This document shows, piece by piece, positions 26,667 through 38,392 of a DNA stretch of 58,984 nucleotides. Under the pieces are notes generated by a model. That model worked only from the letters and a program-made list of their open reading frames with translations. It ran no database searches and was not told the DNA's origin. The stretch is from Octopus sinensis. Taxonomy: Eukaryota. The position numbers and the translations under genes are program-made. Location: assembly GCF_006345805.1 (NCBI RefSeq), contig NW_021833577.1, positions 1 through 58,984 on the forward strand. Reading direction: 5' to 3'. Position 1 is the stretch's first letter, and the number at the start of each line of letters is the position of its first letter.

Positions 26667-26845
26667 CATATAACACACGTACACAGCTTCTTGTAAACAC
26701 ATATGCTACGCATAATGTAAATAATATTCTGTCGTTCTTGCCCAACACACACACCACACACACACAACATATAACACACGTACACAGCTTCTTGTAAACA
26801 CATATGCTACGCATAATGTAAATAATATTCTGTCGTTCTTGCCCA

Positions 26846-26916
<71 letters not shown>

Positions 26917-27214
26917 TACCTGCAATCCACAAGCTCAACCACTCCACATTTTTGGCTTCTCTTTCTCCTCCTCCTCCTCCGACTCCACCCCACCCTTCCC
27001 CTCCACCCAACATGTCACCACTAACATACTGACACAGTTGTTTTATGGGTTCGTGGTCGTGGTCGTGGTGGTGGTGGTGGTGGTGGTGGTGGTGTGGTGG
27101 TGGTGGTGGTGGTGGTGGTGGTGGTGGTGGTGGTGGTGAAAGGGGCTCTTATGAGGGTTTGGTGTGGCATAGCACCATGTAGGAATGTTGTATGGCATGA
27201 TGCAGAATGGTGTG

Positions 27215-27850
27215 ATTGTGTGGTAGAATGATGCAGTTTGGGAGTGCAGCATGGTACATATCAAACTGCAATGTGTTACATTTTAGAGTGCAGCAAGGTA
27301 CATTTTTAGCACAGTGCAGCACATTTTGGAGTGCAGTGTGTTATATTTTGGAGTGCAACACAGTAGATATTGGAGCACTGTGTAACACTTTGGAGTGCAG
27401 TGTGGTACACTTTAGAGTGCAACAGGGTGCATTTTGGAGCACTGTGCAGCACATTTTGGAGTGCAACAGGGTGCATTTTGGAGTGCAGTGTGTTACATTT
27501 TGGAGTACAACACAGTACATTTTGGAGCACTGTGCAGCATGTTTTGGAGTGCAGTGTGTAACACTTTGGAGTGCAGTGTGGTACATTTTAGAGTGCAGCA
27601 TGGTACATTTTGGAGCACAGTGCAACACGTTTTCGAGTGCAGCACAGTACATTTTGCAGCACAGTGCAGCACATGTTGGAGTGCATTGTGGCACATTCTG
27701 GAGTGTAGTGTGGTACATTTTGGTGTGTAGTATGATATAGATTTGAGTACTGCATGGTGTATTTTGGAGTGCAGTTTAGTTTTGAGTGAAGTGTTGTGTT
27801 ATTTGAAGTGTAGTGTGGAGTAGTTTGGTGTGCAGTGCATTGTATGTCAC
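27215..27850. repeat. Degenerate minisatellite, ~20-21 bp unit (ACATTTTGGAGTGCAGTGTG)
   Basis: About 30 imperfect units; explains several spurious ORFs. Confidence 0.85.
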
Positions 27851-27962
27851 GAGACAGCTGCTGCATTGATTGGATCAGGTGGAACCTTTGTCGTCATAAC
27901 TGACAGAATGCCAAGATTATGTTTTGTATTTGCCTAAGACTTTTTCCTGAAGTATATTTATA

Positions 27963-28181
27963 AGGAGGTGGTGAAAGTTCCTGGCTTTAAGGGGATCATG
28001 TAAAGCCTGGTTGGATGGAGATCCAACCTTTTGATTTCTTTTACAGGGCTTAGAAAAACTGAAGGACCACAGCAATAAGTGTGTGGATCAGAGAAGGGGA
28101 ATATGTTGAATAAAATCATAACTAACTGATCCTCCTGTATTTTCTTTTACCCAAAGACAGGAACTTTCCACTACCCCCTCG
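27963..28181 (+). mobile_element. Mariner-derived MITE
   Basis: TIRs GAAAGTTCCTGGCTTT...AAAGACAGGAACTTTCC...CCCTCG; same interior as 6866-7088. A further right-half copy lies at 28752-28912. Confidence 0.72.
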
Positions 28182-28198
28182 TGTGTGTGTGTGTAGCC

Positions 28199-28750
28199 GT
28201 ATTTTGTCTGCCGTTACATTCTGAGTTCAAATTCCGCCACGGTCAACTTTGCCTTTCATCCTTTCGGGGTTGATAAATTAAGTACCAGTAACGCACTGGG
28301 GTCCATGTAATCGACTTAATCCGTTTGTCTGTCCTTGTTTGTCCTCTCTGTGTTTAGCCCCTTGTGGGTAGTAAAGAAATAGGTATTTCGTCTGTCCTTA
28401 CGTTCTGAGTTCAAATTCCGCCGAGGTCAACTTTGCCTTTCATCCTTTCGGCGTCGATAAATTAAGTACCAGTTACGCACTGGGGTCGATGTAATCGACT
28501 TAATCCGTTTGTCTGTCCTTGTTTGTCTGCTCTGTGTTTAGCCCCTTGCGGGTAGTAAAGAAATAGGTATTTCCTCTGTCCTTACGTTCTGAGTTCAAAT
28601 TCCGCTGACATCAACTTTGCCTTTCATCCTTTCGGAGACGATAAATTAAGTACCAGTTATGCACTGGGGTCGATGTAATCGACTTAATCCATTTGTCTTT
28701 CCTTGTTTGTCCTCTCTGTGATTAGCCCCTTGTGGGTAGTAAAGAAATAG
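28199..28750 (+). repeat. Three tandem 184-bp units of headless SINE B
   Basis: Units start at 28199, 28383 and 28567 and end at 28750; constant 184-bp period. Confidence 0.9.
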
Positions 28751-30975
28751 GTATCATGAAAGACCTGGTTAGAGGCTTAGAAAAACTGAATGAATGCTGC
28801 AAATAAGTGTGTGAATCTGAGAGGGGAATATGTTGAAAACAATCATAATTCACAAATTCTCTGGTATTTTCTTTCTTTCACCCAAAGCCAGGAACTTTTC
28901 AACATCCCCTCGTTTATGTGTATTTCAATATGAATGTCAATAACTGATTCTTATCTTGATAATGTCTGTTAATGGCACTTGCATATGCCTACAATTCAAA
29001 GAACTATATCGGCTGGGTGAGTGGTGACGAGGGGGTGGGGATGCATTTAATGCTGGTGTGTCTGAAGTGAAAGATCAGACGAGAATCACTATCGGAATTC
29101 TCGGAAAGCGTCATTGACAGAGGAATCAATTAACCAATGAGAAATAAGCTTCGTAGGAATGTCTGCTTCGGATGAATATGCGCTGCAACTGAATCAACTA
29201 AATGCATATAAACGCCACATCAACGACATTGGGAGACACATCCAGCAGAAACACGTGTCGGATTGGAATTTAATGAGACTGATGCTGCAGGGAGTAATTT
29301 CGAAGATGATGTATATAGTTCTCCATTCCCCTTTATGATGTTCACTTCATCATCATCATCATCATCATTGTCATCATCATCGTCATCATCATTATCATAA
29401 TTGTCATCATTATCATCATCATCATCATCATCATCATTGTCATCATCATCGTCATCATCATTATCATCATTGTCATCATCATCATCATATCATTGTCATC
29501 ATCATCGTCATCATCATTATCATCATTGTCATCATTATCATCATCATCATCATCATCATCATTGTCATCATCATCGTCATCATCATTATCATCATTGTCA
29601 TCAATATTTAAAGTCTATTTTCCATGCTGACATGGTTTGAATGGCTTCACAAGAACTGGCAAGGTCAGGGGCTGCACTAGGTTCCATTGTCTGTAAAAAT
29701 AAGGGTGTTGGCCCAATGCAAACCCTTTTTTTACTTCTGGGGAGAGATCATCCATATTAGTCTGGCCTCTGTCCTTTGACCTGTTCAACAGGGTAGGTTA
29801 TACTAGGATCTTGCAATCCATTGTTACAGCTCTAGGGGTCACTAAGGCATGCAAGCCATTGCGCTGCAACATGCACTGGACCTTGTTGTGGGAACAAGTA
29901 TACATTGGACCATATAAACTTTCATTTATAAAACAAGATAGGGTGGTCGTTGTTGGAACATCTTTGATCATGGATTTACTGATTCAGAGCTGATCTTGAG
30001 CTAAGCAATATCAATAGCTTCATATCATGAACGATGGTTCAGTGGTGCAGCAGCCACCACCACTACTACCACCACCACCACCACCAACACTACCAACACC
30101 ACCAACAACAACAACACCACCACCACCAACTCAACTACAACTACCACCAACATCACTAACACCATCACTGCTAACACTACCACCATCACCACCACCGCCA
30201 CTACCACTAACTACTACAGACATCAACATTACCACCCACACCAACACCACCACTACCACTAACTACTACAGACATCAACATCACCACCTACACCAACACC
30301 ACCACAACCACCACCACCACCACCACTGCCACTAACTACTACAGACATCAATACCATCACCCACACCAACATTACCACTACAACACTAGCTCCAGTATAC
30401 CACCACCACCAACACCACCACTACCACTACCACCACAACTATCTTCATGACATATTGACTTACATAAAACATAAATCTGATCCGTTAATCACCATGATCA
30501 AAGTAAACACACCGTGGTTAAATTCTGGCTAATCTCCTCTCACTCTTCCTCTTCGGTCATCCCGCTCCTCCTTTACCTCCACCTCCTGACATGACCTCCT
30601 GAGCATCCTCTCTTCCTCCGCCATCAAATCACGAACGCTACCGACCCAACACCCAACACATCAGTTCCTACAACCACTGCCACCGTGATGACTACGACGA
30701 CGACTACCTCCACCACCACCACCACTGCAACCACCAGCATCACATCAACGCCACATTGATGCCGGTGGTGGTGGTGTCGGTGGCGCCATCATCATTGCAT
30801 TACCCATGTACACACACACACACACACAGCCCCCCACCTCTTGCCCTCTTCTGCACCACTGCCAACATCATCGTTCCTCCAATCTTCCATCACTCACTGA
30901 ACACAAATATGTGTATGATCTTTCTCTCTCTCTTTCTCTTACTCTCCAAACACACACTGTAAATATATATACATA

Positions 30976-31037
<62 letters not shown>

Positions 31038-31038
31038 G

Positions 31039-31132
<94 letters not shown>

Positions 31133-31589
31133 CATACATATAACTTATACATATCTGTGTGTGTGTATATATATATATCTGTATATACATAGTTATACAC
31201 AGGCACACACACATATATATATATATATACATACATATAACTTATACATATCTGTGTGTGTGTATATGTGTGTATGTATATATATATGTATGTATGTATA
31301 TTTATATATGTATGTATGTATATATATAAATATTCATACATATTTGTGTGTGTATATGTATAAATATGTGTGTGTGTGTGTGTATATATATAGATGTATG
31401 TATGTATATACACACACATGTATGTATGAGAGAGTGCGAATAAACTGAAAGAATTAGGTTAGACGTTATCCTACATTACTGCTAGGTATGTGTGTGTGAG
31501 TGTGTGTGTGCGAGTGTTTGTGTGTGAGTGTGTGTGTGTGTGTGTACATGTTTGTATGTGTGTCAGTGTGTTCAGGTTTTGTTTAATTG

Positions 31590-32092
31590 TACATAGCTCC
31601 ATCAACCCTCTCTGTATCTTCAGTGGTGATGATGGTGGTGTTTGTGTTGAGTACAGCTCCATCCTCCTCATGCTATCCTGAGTGGTGGTGGTGGTGGTGG
31701 TGGTGGTGGTGGTGGTAGTGATGGTGTTGAGTATAGCTCCACCACCTCTCACTGTATCCTGATGGTGGTGGTGGTGGTGTGGTGGTGGTGGTGGTGGTAG
31801 TGAGTATAACTCCATCAGTCCTCCATCTATCCTGAAAAGTGGTAGTAGTGGTAGTGTTGAGTGTAACTCCACCAGTCCTCCATCTATCTTGAGTGGTGGT
31901 GGCATTGAGTATAGCTCCACCACTTTCCCTCTTTCCTGAATGATGATGGTGGTGGTGGTGGTGGTGGTGGTAGTGTTAACTATAGCTCCTTACTCTGTCC
32001 TGAATGGTAGCAGTGTTGATTATAGCTCCACCACCTCTCACTGTACCCTGATGGTGGTGGTGGTGGTGGTGGTGGTGGTGGCTCATATCCTG
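31590..32092. repeat. Compound minisatellite: GTTGAGTATAGCTCCACCA..CCTGA units separated by variable (GGT)n
   Basis: About 8 recurrences of the TAGCTCCA/TAACTCCA core upstream of the SLC16 exon. Confidence 0.75.
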
Positions 32093-32506
32093 AGCGAGGG
32101 ATGATTCCAGAAATGCTCCTACCTCACCCCACTCCACCAGTGGATTTTTCTTGGCCAGAAAACACAGCTAAGAGAGTGAGAGAGAGAGAGAGAGTTTGAC
32201 AGGAACTGACCAGGTAGAAGACTACACCAGGCTATATATATATGATGGGCTTCTTCCAGTTTCCATTTACCAAATCCACTCTCAAGGCTTTGGTCGACCT
32301 AAGATGGTAATGGGAAACACAACACTTGCCCAAGATGCCACTCAGTAGGAACTGAACCTGCAACCATATGGCTGGGAAGCAAACTTCTTACCACACAGCC
32401 ATGCCTGCACCGGATTTCTTTTTCTTCTAAATTTTTCATTTTTGATTGATTTTATTTTATTTTTTTTTATTTTTAATTATTTATTTTTGTTCCCTTCTCG
32501 TTTCAG

Positions 32507-32662
32507 GTTTCCTTTGCTGTGTTGGATTCGTATGGCTAACAGTAAAAAACCCATCGACAGAATTGACAGCATTTTACACCTACACAGACCTATGACAAAG
32601 TTATGTTTGTCTTCAATTTTTACTATATATTTAGCAGAATTCTTTAGTTCTAATTCCTTATT
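32507..32662 (+). other. Probable 5' UTR part of the first coding exon (acceptor TTTCAG at 32501-32506); implies unseen upstream non-coding exon(s)
   Basis: T-rich polypyrimidine tract 32420-32504 ending in CAG|G, followed by unique sequence leading to the ATG. Confidence 0.65.
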
Positions 32663-32708
32663 ATGTCGGACAGTGACGAACCAAAAGATGGTAATAACGA
32701 ACCTTTAA
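32532..32708 (+). promoter_or_regulatory. Upstream ORF (58 aa) overlapping the SLC16 start codon out of frame
   Basis: ATG 32532 (also ATG 32592) runs to TAA ending 32708, past the main ATG 32663. A second 14-codon uORF at 32603-32647 is in the main frame and stops upstream. Confidence 0.45.
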
Positions 32709-34436
32709 GAAATAGCTTCTGTGATTCCACCGATTCTGAGAACAGCATCTTTGCACAGTCGCCAGATGGAGGCTGGGGATGGATGGTCCTGTTCTCTTCT
32801 TTTCTGCTGAATGTTATCGCCGACGGCTGTGCTTATTCCTTTGGGGTATTTTTCACAGAACTCCTGCAGACGTTTGGTCAGAGCAAAAGTAAAACATCAT
32901 GGGTAGGGTCTGTGTTTGTCGGGGTTTCGCTCATTTGTGGGCCCCTGGCTGGTGCCCTCACCACGAAATTCGGATGTCGGAAGATGACTATTTTTGGTGG
33001 GATTGTTTCTACAACGGGGATAATCATCAGTGCATTTGTAAATTCGATTGAAATGTTGTGCTTTACGTTCGGCTTTCTCGCTGGTTTTGGTATGTCCATC
33101 AGTTACGTCACATCAATTGTCAGCGTGTCGTTTTACTTTGAGAAAAAACGTGCTCTTGCAACGGGGCTCTCGGTATGCGGTTCGGGCATCGGTACCTCCG
33201 TTTTTGCCCCCTTGCTCGAATACTTGATCGATTTGTATGGCTGGAGGGGCACCATGTTGGTTCTTGGTGGCATTGTCTCCAATGTGATAGTGTGTGGCGC
33301 CTTACTGAGGCCACTAAAATACGACAGCAAGAAAAACCACGATAAAACAGCAATGGATAACTTATCAAAGATCTCAAAACGAAATACCCTGTTGAATTCC
33401 GCTTTAGATGAGGGATTTTCATCCCGAAGTTATGATGCTCAATTAACCTATGATTCCGATATGGCAAATTTAACCGTGTCAAATTCAGTTGTTCAATTAC
33501 CCACGTATATACAGCTGAAAAGGGCCAGTCTTTCACACGAAGTCTTTCATAAGCTGCGCAACAGCACAAACCACGGTGGTGATGTTCGCGTTGTGCTCGG
33601 AGAACCAAATGTCAAGCAAACAACATCATTTCCCGATTCTTTTTCTACTAATAAAATCGTCAATGGACCGTATTACATGTCGGATGTTCTCCCGGAGAAA
33701 AACAAAGATGTCTGGCAGCAGAAGACATCCGCTACCAAACAGAAGCCTTCAGCATGCAGCCAGCAGAATATTGTTCACCGGAAGGATATCTTTTACCGAG
33801 GGAACCTGCTCAAACTGTCCCTCGAACAGAAGTCGAGTAGTTGCCCAGAAATTTCACATTTAGTCGGAACGGTTAATGACCAAGACAACACCAGTGACTT
33901 CCTGGACTGGTGTGAAATACTCAAATCTCAAAATATCAGTAAACATATGAAGAAATTGCTAAGAACGATGGTTAATCGTTCAATTCTCACTCATCCCGTC
34001 TTTATTTTATTTGTCATATCAAACTTTATATTTTTCTTCTGGAGTGATATTCCATACATATATATCGTCGATCAAAGTGTGAAGAAAGGAATTCCGCAAC
34101 AGAAAGCCACATATTTAATTTCTGTCTTTGGACTGGTCAGTACTGTTGGACAAGTCGTTTTTGGATTTGCTGGCGACAGAGTCCAATCTCAATTGACGTT
34201 TCTCTATGCCGTCTCTACTGTGTTGTCGGGTGTGTCTATTATTTTCATGCCGCTGTGTCTGACTTACGGATCTTTGAGTGCGGTGTCAGCATTATTTGGA
34301 TTCTTTTCAAGTGCCAACAATTCTTTATGTACCATCCTGCTAGTAGAATATCTGGGACTGGATAACCTCACCACTGCTTATGGTCTGATGCTTCTATACC
34401 AAGGAATTGCAAACCTTTTGGGTCCACCTGTGGCTG
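32663..34436 (+). CDS. SLC16/monocarboxylate transporter (MCT) family MFS protein, first coding exon (TM1-TM11 and large central loop)
   Basis: 609-aa ORF with SLC16 signatures PDGGWGW (TM1), YFEKKRALATGLSVCGSGIG, YGWRG, CGALLRP, RKDIFYRG (loop) and NLLGPPVAG. In-frame stops TAG 32645-47 and TAA 32651-53 precede ATG 32663. Similarity ends at the donor G|GTAAGT (34436|34437, phase 1). Confidence 0.95.
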
Positions 34437-34712
34437 GTAAGTCTTGCTATTTTATTCATATTGCTGTTATTGTCGTTGTTGTTGTTGTTTAACTTCCAAG
34501 TAATCCCTGACTAGACTAACCTATCTCCATCAGCATCATCATCATCATCATTTAACAGCCCTGATAATTGCAGGGAAGGTAGCAAGCTGGAAGATTTTAA
34601 AGTTCTTTTTTTCTTTTTTCAATAACATATGCTCTATCAAGTGCAATGGGTGGGCTTAAGTAAGCAGCAAACATGGAGAATTATGGCTATATATATCCTT
34701 CATCCATATTAC

Positions 34713-34759
<47 letters not shown>

Positions 34760-34900
34760 TTACTGCCTGGAATCAAACTTGGAATCTTGGAGTTAGTAGC
34801 CCGTGCTCTTAACCATTATGTCATATGCCTGAGTTCGATTCCAGGCAGTGACCTGAACAATAATAATAATAATGATAATAATAATAATAATAATAATAAT
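34713..34900. repeat. Inverted repeat built from a short tRNA-like element with (TTA)n/(TAA)n arms
   Basis: TTCAGGTTACTGCCTGGAATCAAACT (from 34754) pairs with AGTTCGATTCCAGGCAGTGACCTGAA (to 34857); extended by complementary microsatellites. Confidence 0.75.
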
Positions 34901-34913
34901 TATTATTATTATA

Positions 34914-35079
34914 GGCGCAGGAGTGGCTGTGTGGTAAGTAGCTTGCTTACCAACCACATGGTTCTGGGTTCACTCCCACTGCGTGGAACCTTGGGCAAGT
35001 GTCTTCTATAGCCTCGGACCGACCAAAGCCTTGTGAGTGGATTTGGTAGACGGAAACTGAAAGAAGCCTGTCGTATATT

Positions 35080-35115
<36 letters not shown>

Positions 35116-35338
35116 CGTGTGTGTTTGTGTGTCTGTGTATGTCCCCCTAGAATTGCTTGACAACCGATGCTGGTGTGTTTATGTGCCCGTCACTTAGCGG
35201 TTCGGCAAAAGAGACCGATAGAATAAGTACTGGGCTTACAAAGAATAAGTCCCGGGGTCAAGTTTCTCAACTAAAGGCGGTGCTCCAGCATGGCCACAGT
35301 CAAATGACTGAAACAAGTAAAAGAAAGAGAAAAAGAAC
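34914..35338 (+). mobile_element. tRNA-derived SINE family A (full-length example with internal microsatellite)
   Basis: A-box TGGCTGTGTGG, B-box GGTTCACTCCC, body, internal (TA)n(TG)n, tail GGCGGTGCTCCAGCATGGCCACAGTC...AAACAAGTAAAAGA. Other copies near 1258, 5500(-), 10740(-), 12106, 16000(-), 20051, 20343, 32240(-), 40003(-), 46920, 52695(-), 53711. Confidence 0.85.
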
Positions 35339-35339
35339 A

Positions 35340-35503
35340 TCGAAAAATACCTTAGGAATGAGAACCCAGGTTCAAAATTTCTCCAAGACACCTGATGAAG
35401 GCTGGAGGGTATACCAGCTGAAACGTGTTAACAACAAGATGAGGACAAATATCCGTCAAATGTAAATAATGTACACAGTTCCTCATCTCTTAAATATAGA
35501 ACT
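35340..35503 (+). mobile_element. Short repeat with hammerhead-like core (35387-35429), intronic copy 1
   Basis: GACAC-CTGATGA-A-GGCTGG/agggtata/CCAGCT-GAAAC-GTGTT; second copy at 36206-36352. Confidence 0.5.
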
Positions 35504-35595
35504 GTATTAAAATAATCTGAATGCTAAAGGGTTAAAGTTTTCAGCATTACTGTAAGTTGTTCATACAATTGCTAGTTGCAAAGTAAGGGCTCTTC

Positions 35596-35760
35596 TAGGG
35601 GTCGTATATTTTGGGTGTGCTTAGTGTGTGCTGCACACCCATCGAAAATGGCAAATTCAATCACAAATCTTAATGGAAAACTGTTGTTATACCCCTGCTT
35701 GAAATTTGGTGCCATTGGGTGTGGTAGCACACCCAGTACAACAACCACTATATGCCACTG
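35596..35760. mobile_element. Small hAT-type MITE in the SLC16 intron
   Basis: 8-bp TSD GGCTCTTC (35588-95, 35761-68), imperfect TIR TAGGGGTCGTATA / TATATGCCACTG, subterminal GGGTGTG..CACACCC palindromes. Confidence 0.6.
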
Positions 35761-36205
35761 GGCTCTTCTAATATCAAAAGCACTCTATCCATCGTTGAAT
35801 CTCCATAACACTTATAATCTAGTTTCTAATGTTACATTTTTTTCTGTTTTCATAACCTCACACAGCAGTGGTACACAATGTATGTCTGGTTAGTTCTGAA
35901 TCTTGCAGACTTCAAACTAGTTCACCACTCAGCAGTTTTGTATTAATTCATACACTTGCCCTTCATGACATATATTCATATACTGTATATTTGTACCAAT
36001 TTGTTTTAATTTTCCTTTAATACCACTCATAAAAAAAAAACCAACATTAAGACAACTTCTTAAGAGAAAAAAAGCCCACAAAGGAAACATTTTGAGCTCA
36101 GAGCACCAAAAAATGTGGAGTTTATTTTTATGAGAAATTCTAAGTGGATTAATAAAGATGAAAGAAATCCTGCTTTAGAAGGACATTAATTTCTTTCTAT
36201 TAAAT

Positions 36206-36352
36206 AGAACCCAGGTTCGAAATTTCCCCCAAGACACCTGAAGAAGGCTGGAGGGTATATCAGCCGAAACATGTTAACAAACAAGATGAGGACAAATATT
36301 CATCGAATGTAAATAATGTACATAATTCCTCATCTCTTAAATATAGAACTGT
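36206..36352 (+). mobile_element. Short repeat with hammerhead-like core (36233-36275), intronic copy 2
   Basis: GACAC-CTGAAGA-A-GGCTG...CAGCC-GAAAC-ATGTT, preceded by B-box-like GGTTCGAAAT. Confidence 0.5.
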
Positions 36353-36411
36353 AGGTACAACAGAAACAGGAAGAAAGAGTGAGAGAAAGTTGTGGTGAAA
36401 GAGCACATCAG

Positions 36412-36694
36412 GATGCTTTTAATGTGCCACCGGCACCAGGGATCACAACTGCAATTTCCATTTGATTTTGGTTCTGATGTACTTGACTCAATAGGTCTCC
36501 TCAAGCACAGAATGTCACCCTATGATCCAAGGTACTTTTGAGTGAGCTAGGACTGGTTATGCAACACTGGTGTAGGTTACAGTTGTGTAATCACTTTATT
36601 ACACAGTCACAGCATACCTCCAGAGGTCTCGGTCTTTTGTCATTGCCTCTGTGAGGCCCAATGTTCGAAGGTCATGCTTCACCACCTCATCCCA
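36412..36694 (-). mobile_element. RTE LINE ORF end plus start of 3' UTR
   Basis: Reverse strand encodes WDEVVKHDLRTLGLTEAMTKDRDLWRYAV and continues into the family F motif TGCTTTTAATGTGCCACCGGCAC. Confidence 0.65.
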
Positions 36695-38392
36695 TATTTC
36701 TATATAACATGTACAGGCATGGCTGTATGGTTGGGCAGTTTGCCTCCTTACCACATGGTTTCAGGTTCAGTCCCAAGCAAGTATGGAATAGCGGATGTTA
36801 GAATGATGTACATAGGGACGTATGATATGTCCTAATAAATCATCATCATCATCATCATCGTTTAACGTCCATTTTCCATGCTAGCATGGGTTGGATGGTT
36901 CGACCAGGGTCTGGGAAGCCAGGAGGCTGCACCAGGCTCCAGTTTGATCTGGCAGTGTTTCTACAGCTGGATGCTCTTCCTAACACCAACCACTCCGTGA
37001 GTGTAGTGGGTGCTTTTTACGTGCCACCGGCACAGGTGCCAGGAGAGGCTGGCAGCGGCCACGATCGGTTGGTGCTTTTTACATGTCCTAATAAATGTAT
37101 GTGGAATAAAAAAAAAAACACAATCTTTTATCATAGATTTGTAGTATATTCTGGAACTGCTCTCCTTCCATACTTCTAATTCTTCTTTCAGCCAAAAGGA
37201 AATGTTACTTTATTTAGGAAACAGGTAAGGGTTTGTGACAGGATGGGCATCCATCTATAGAAAATCTGCCACAAAAAATTCCATCTGACGTATACAAATA
37301 TGGAACAGTGGGCAGTAAAACGATGATTATGATGATAGTGGTGATGATGATGATGAGGGGTAGAAAGAGGATGTATAGGGGTGTTTAATATGTCCTAATA
37401 AATGTATGTAGTATAAGAAAAAAATGCAATCTTTTATCATAGACCTGTAGTATATTCTGTTGCTGCTATCCTTCCATACTTCTAGTTCTTCTTTCAGTTC
37501 AATATCCCGCCCCCCCCCCACACACACACACACATGCACATGAACATGACTACATGAATATTTTGACTTACATACAATTTGGCCTTGTTCAGTCATTACA
37601 CAGCTGTTGGTTACAAATCTCTCTTGTCATGTCGAGAGTAATTGGATCTTACTGACCAACATAGTCACACTTCCTTGTTCTCTGTCATCTCCAAAACGAT
37701 ATTTCCCTTTCTCAAGTTTTGTCTCTTCGTCTTTCACCACAAAAACTGTTTCCCCCCATTGTAATAACCGATGTACGACTTCGTCTTGTCTTTACAATGT
37801 GCCACAAAATTACGTGTGTTTTATTTGATGGTTTCTGTTCATTATATTATATTTCAATAAGGCCGTGAGCTGGCAGAATCGTTACTGCACCGTGCAATAT
37901 GCTTAGAGGTATTGCATCCGTCTTTACATTCGGAGTTCAAATTCTGCCAAAGTCAACTTTGCCTTTCATCCTTTCAGGGTCGATAAAATAAATACCAGTT
38001 GAGTACTGGGGTCAATGTAACCGACTACCCCACTGCCCCGAATTTCATACCTTGTGCCTACTGCATGAAGGGTAATGTTAAATTTCAATATAAAAGGCAC
38101 CGGAAAGGCAGTAAGCTGGCACAATTGTTAGTGTGCCGAGCAAAATGCTTTGCAGTATTTTATCCGTCTTTACATTCGGAGTTCAAATTCTGCCAAGGTC
38201 AACTTTTGCCTTTCATCCTTTCGGGGTCAATAAAATAAGTACCAGTTGAACACTGGGGTCGATATAACTGACATAACTCCTTCCTCAAAATTGCTCGCCT
38301 TCTGCCAAAATTTGAAACATGATGGCAAGCTGGCAGAATTGATAGCATGCCAAGGAAAAATGCTTAGTGGCATTCCATCCGTCACTACATTC

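Noticed and set aside
27216-27866. Several Cys-rich ORFs on both strands
   Set aside because: Products of a ~20-bp minisatellite.
31590-32092. Regularly interspaced repeats upstream of the gene
   Set aside because: Spacers are (GGT)n microsatellite; this is a compound minisatellite, not CRISPR or coding sequence.
34437-34492. Last 18 codons of the 609-aa ORF (KSCYFIHIAVIVVVVVV)
   Set aside because: Intron read-through past a GTAAGT donor; the true TM12 is in the exon at 40336.
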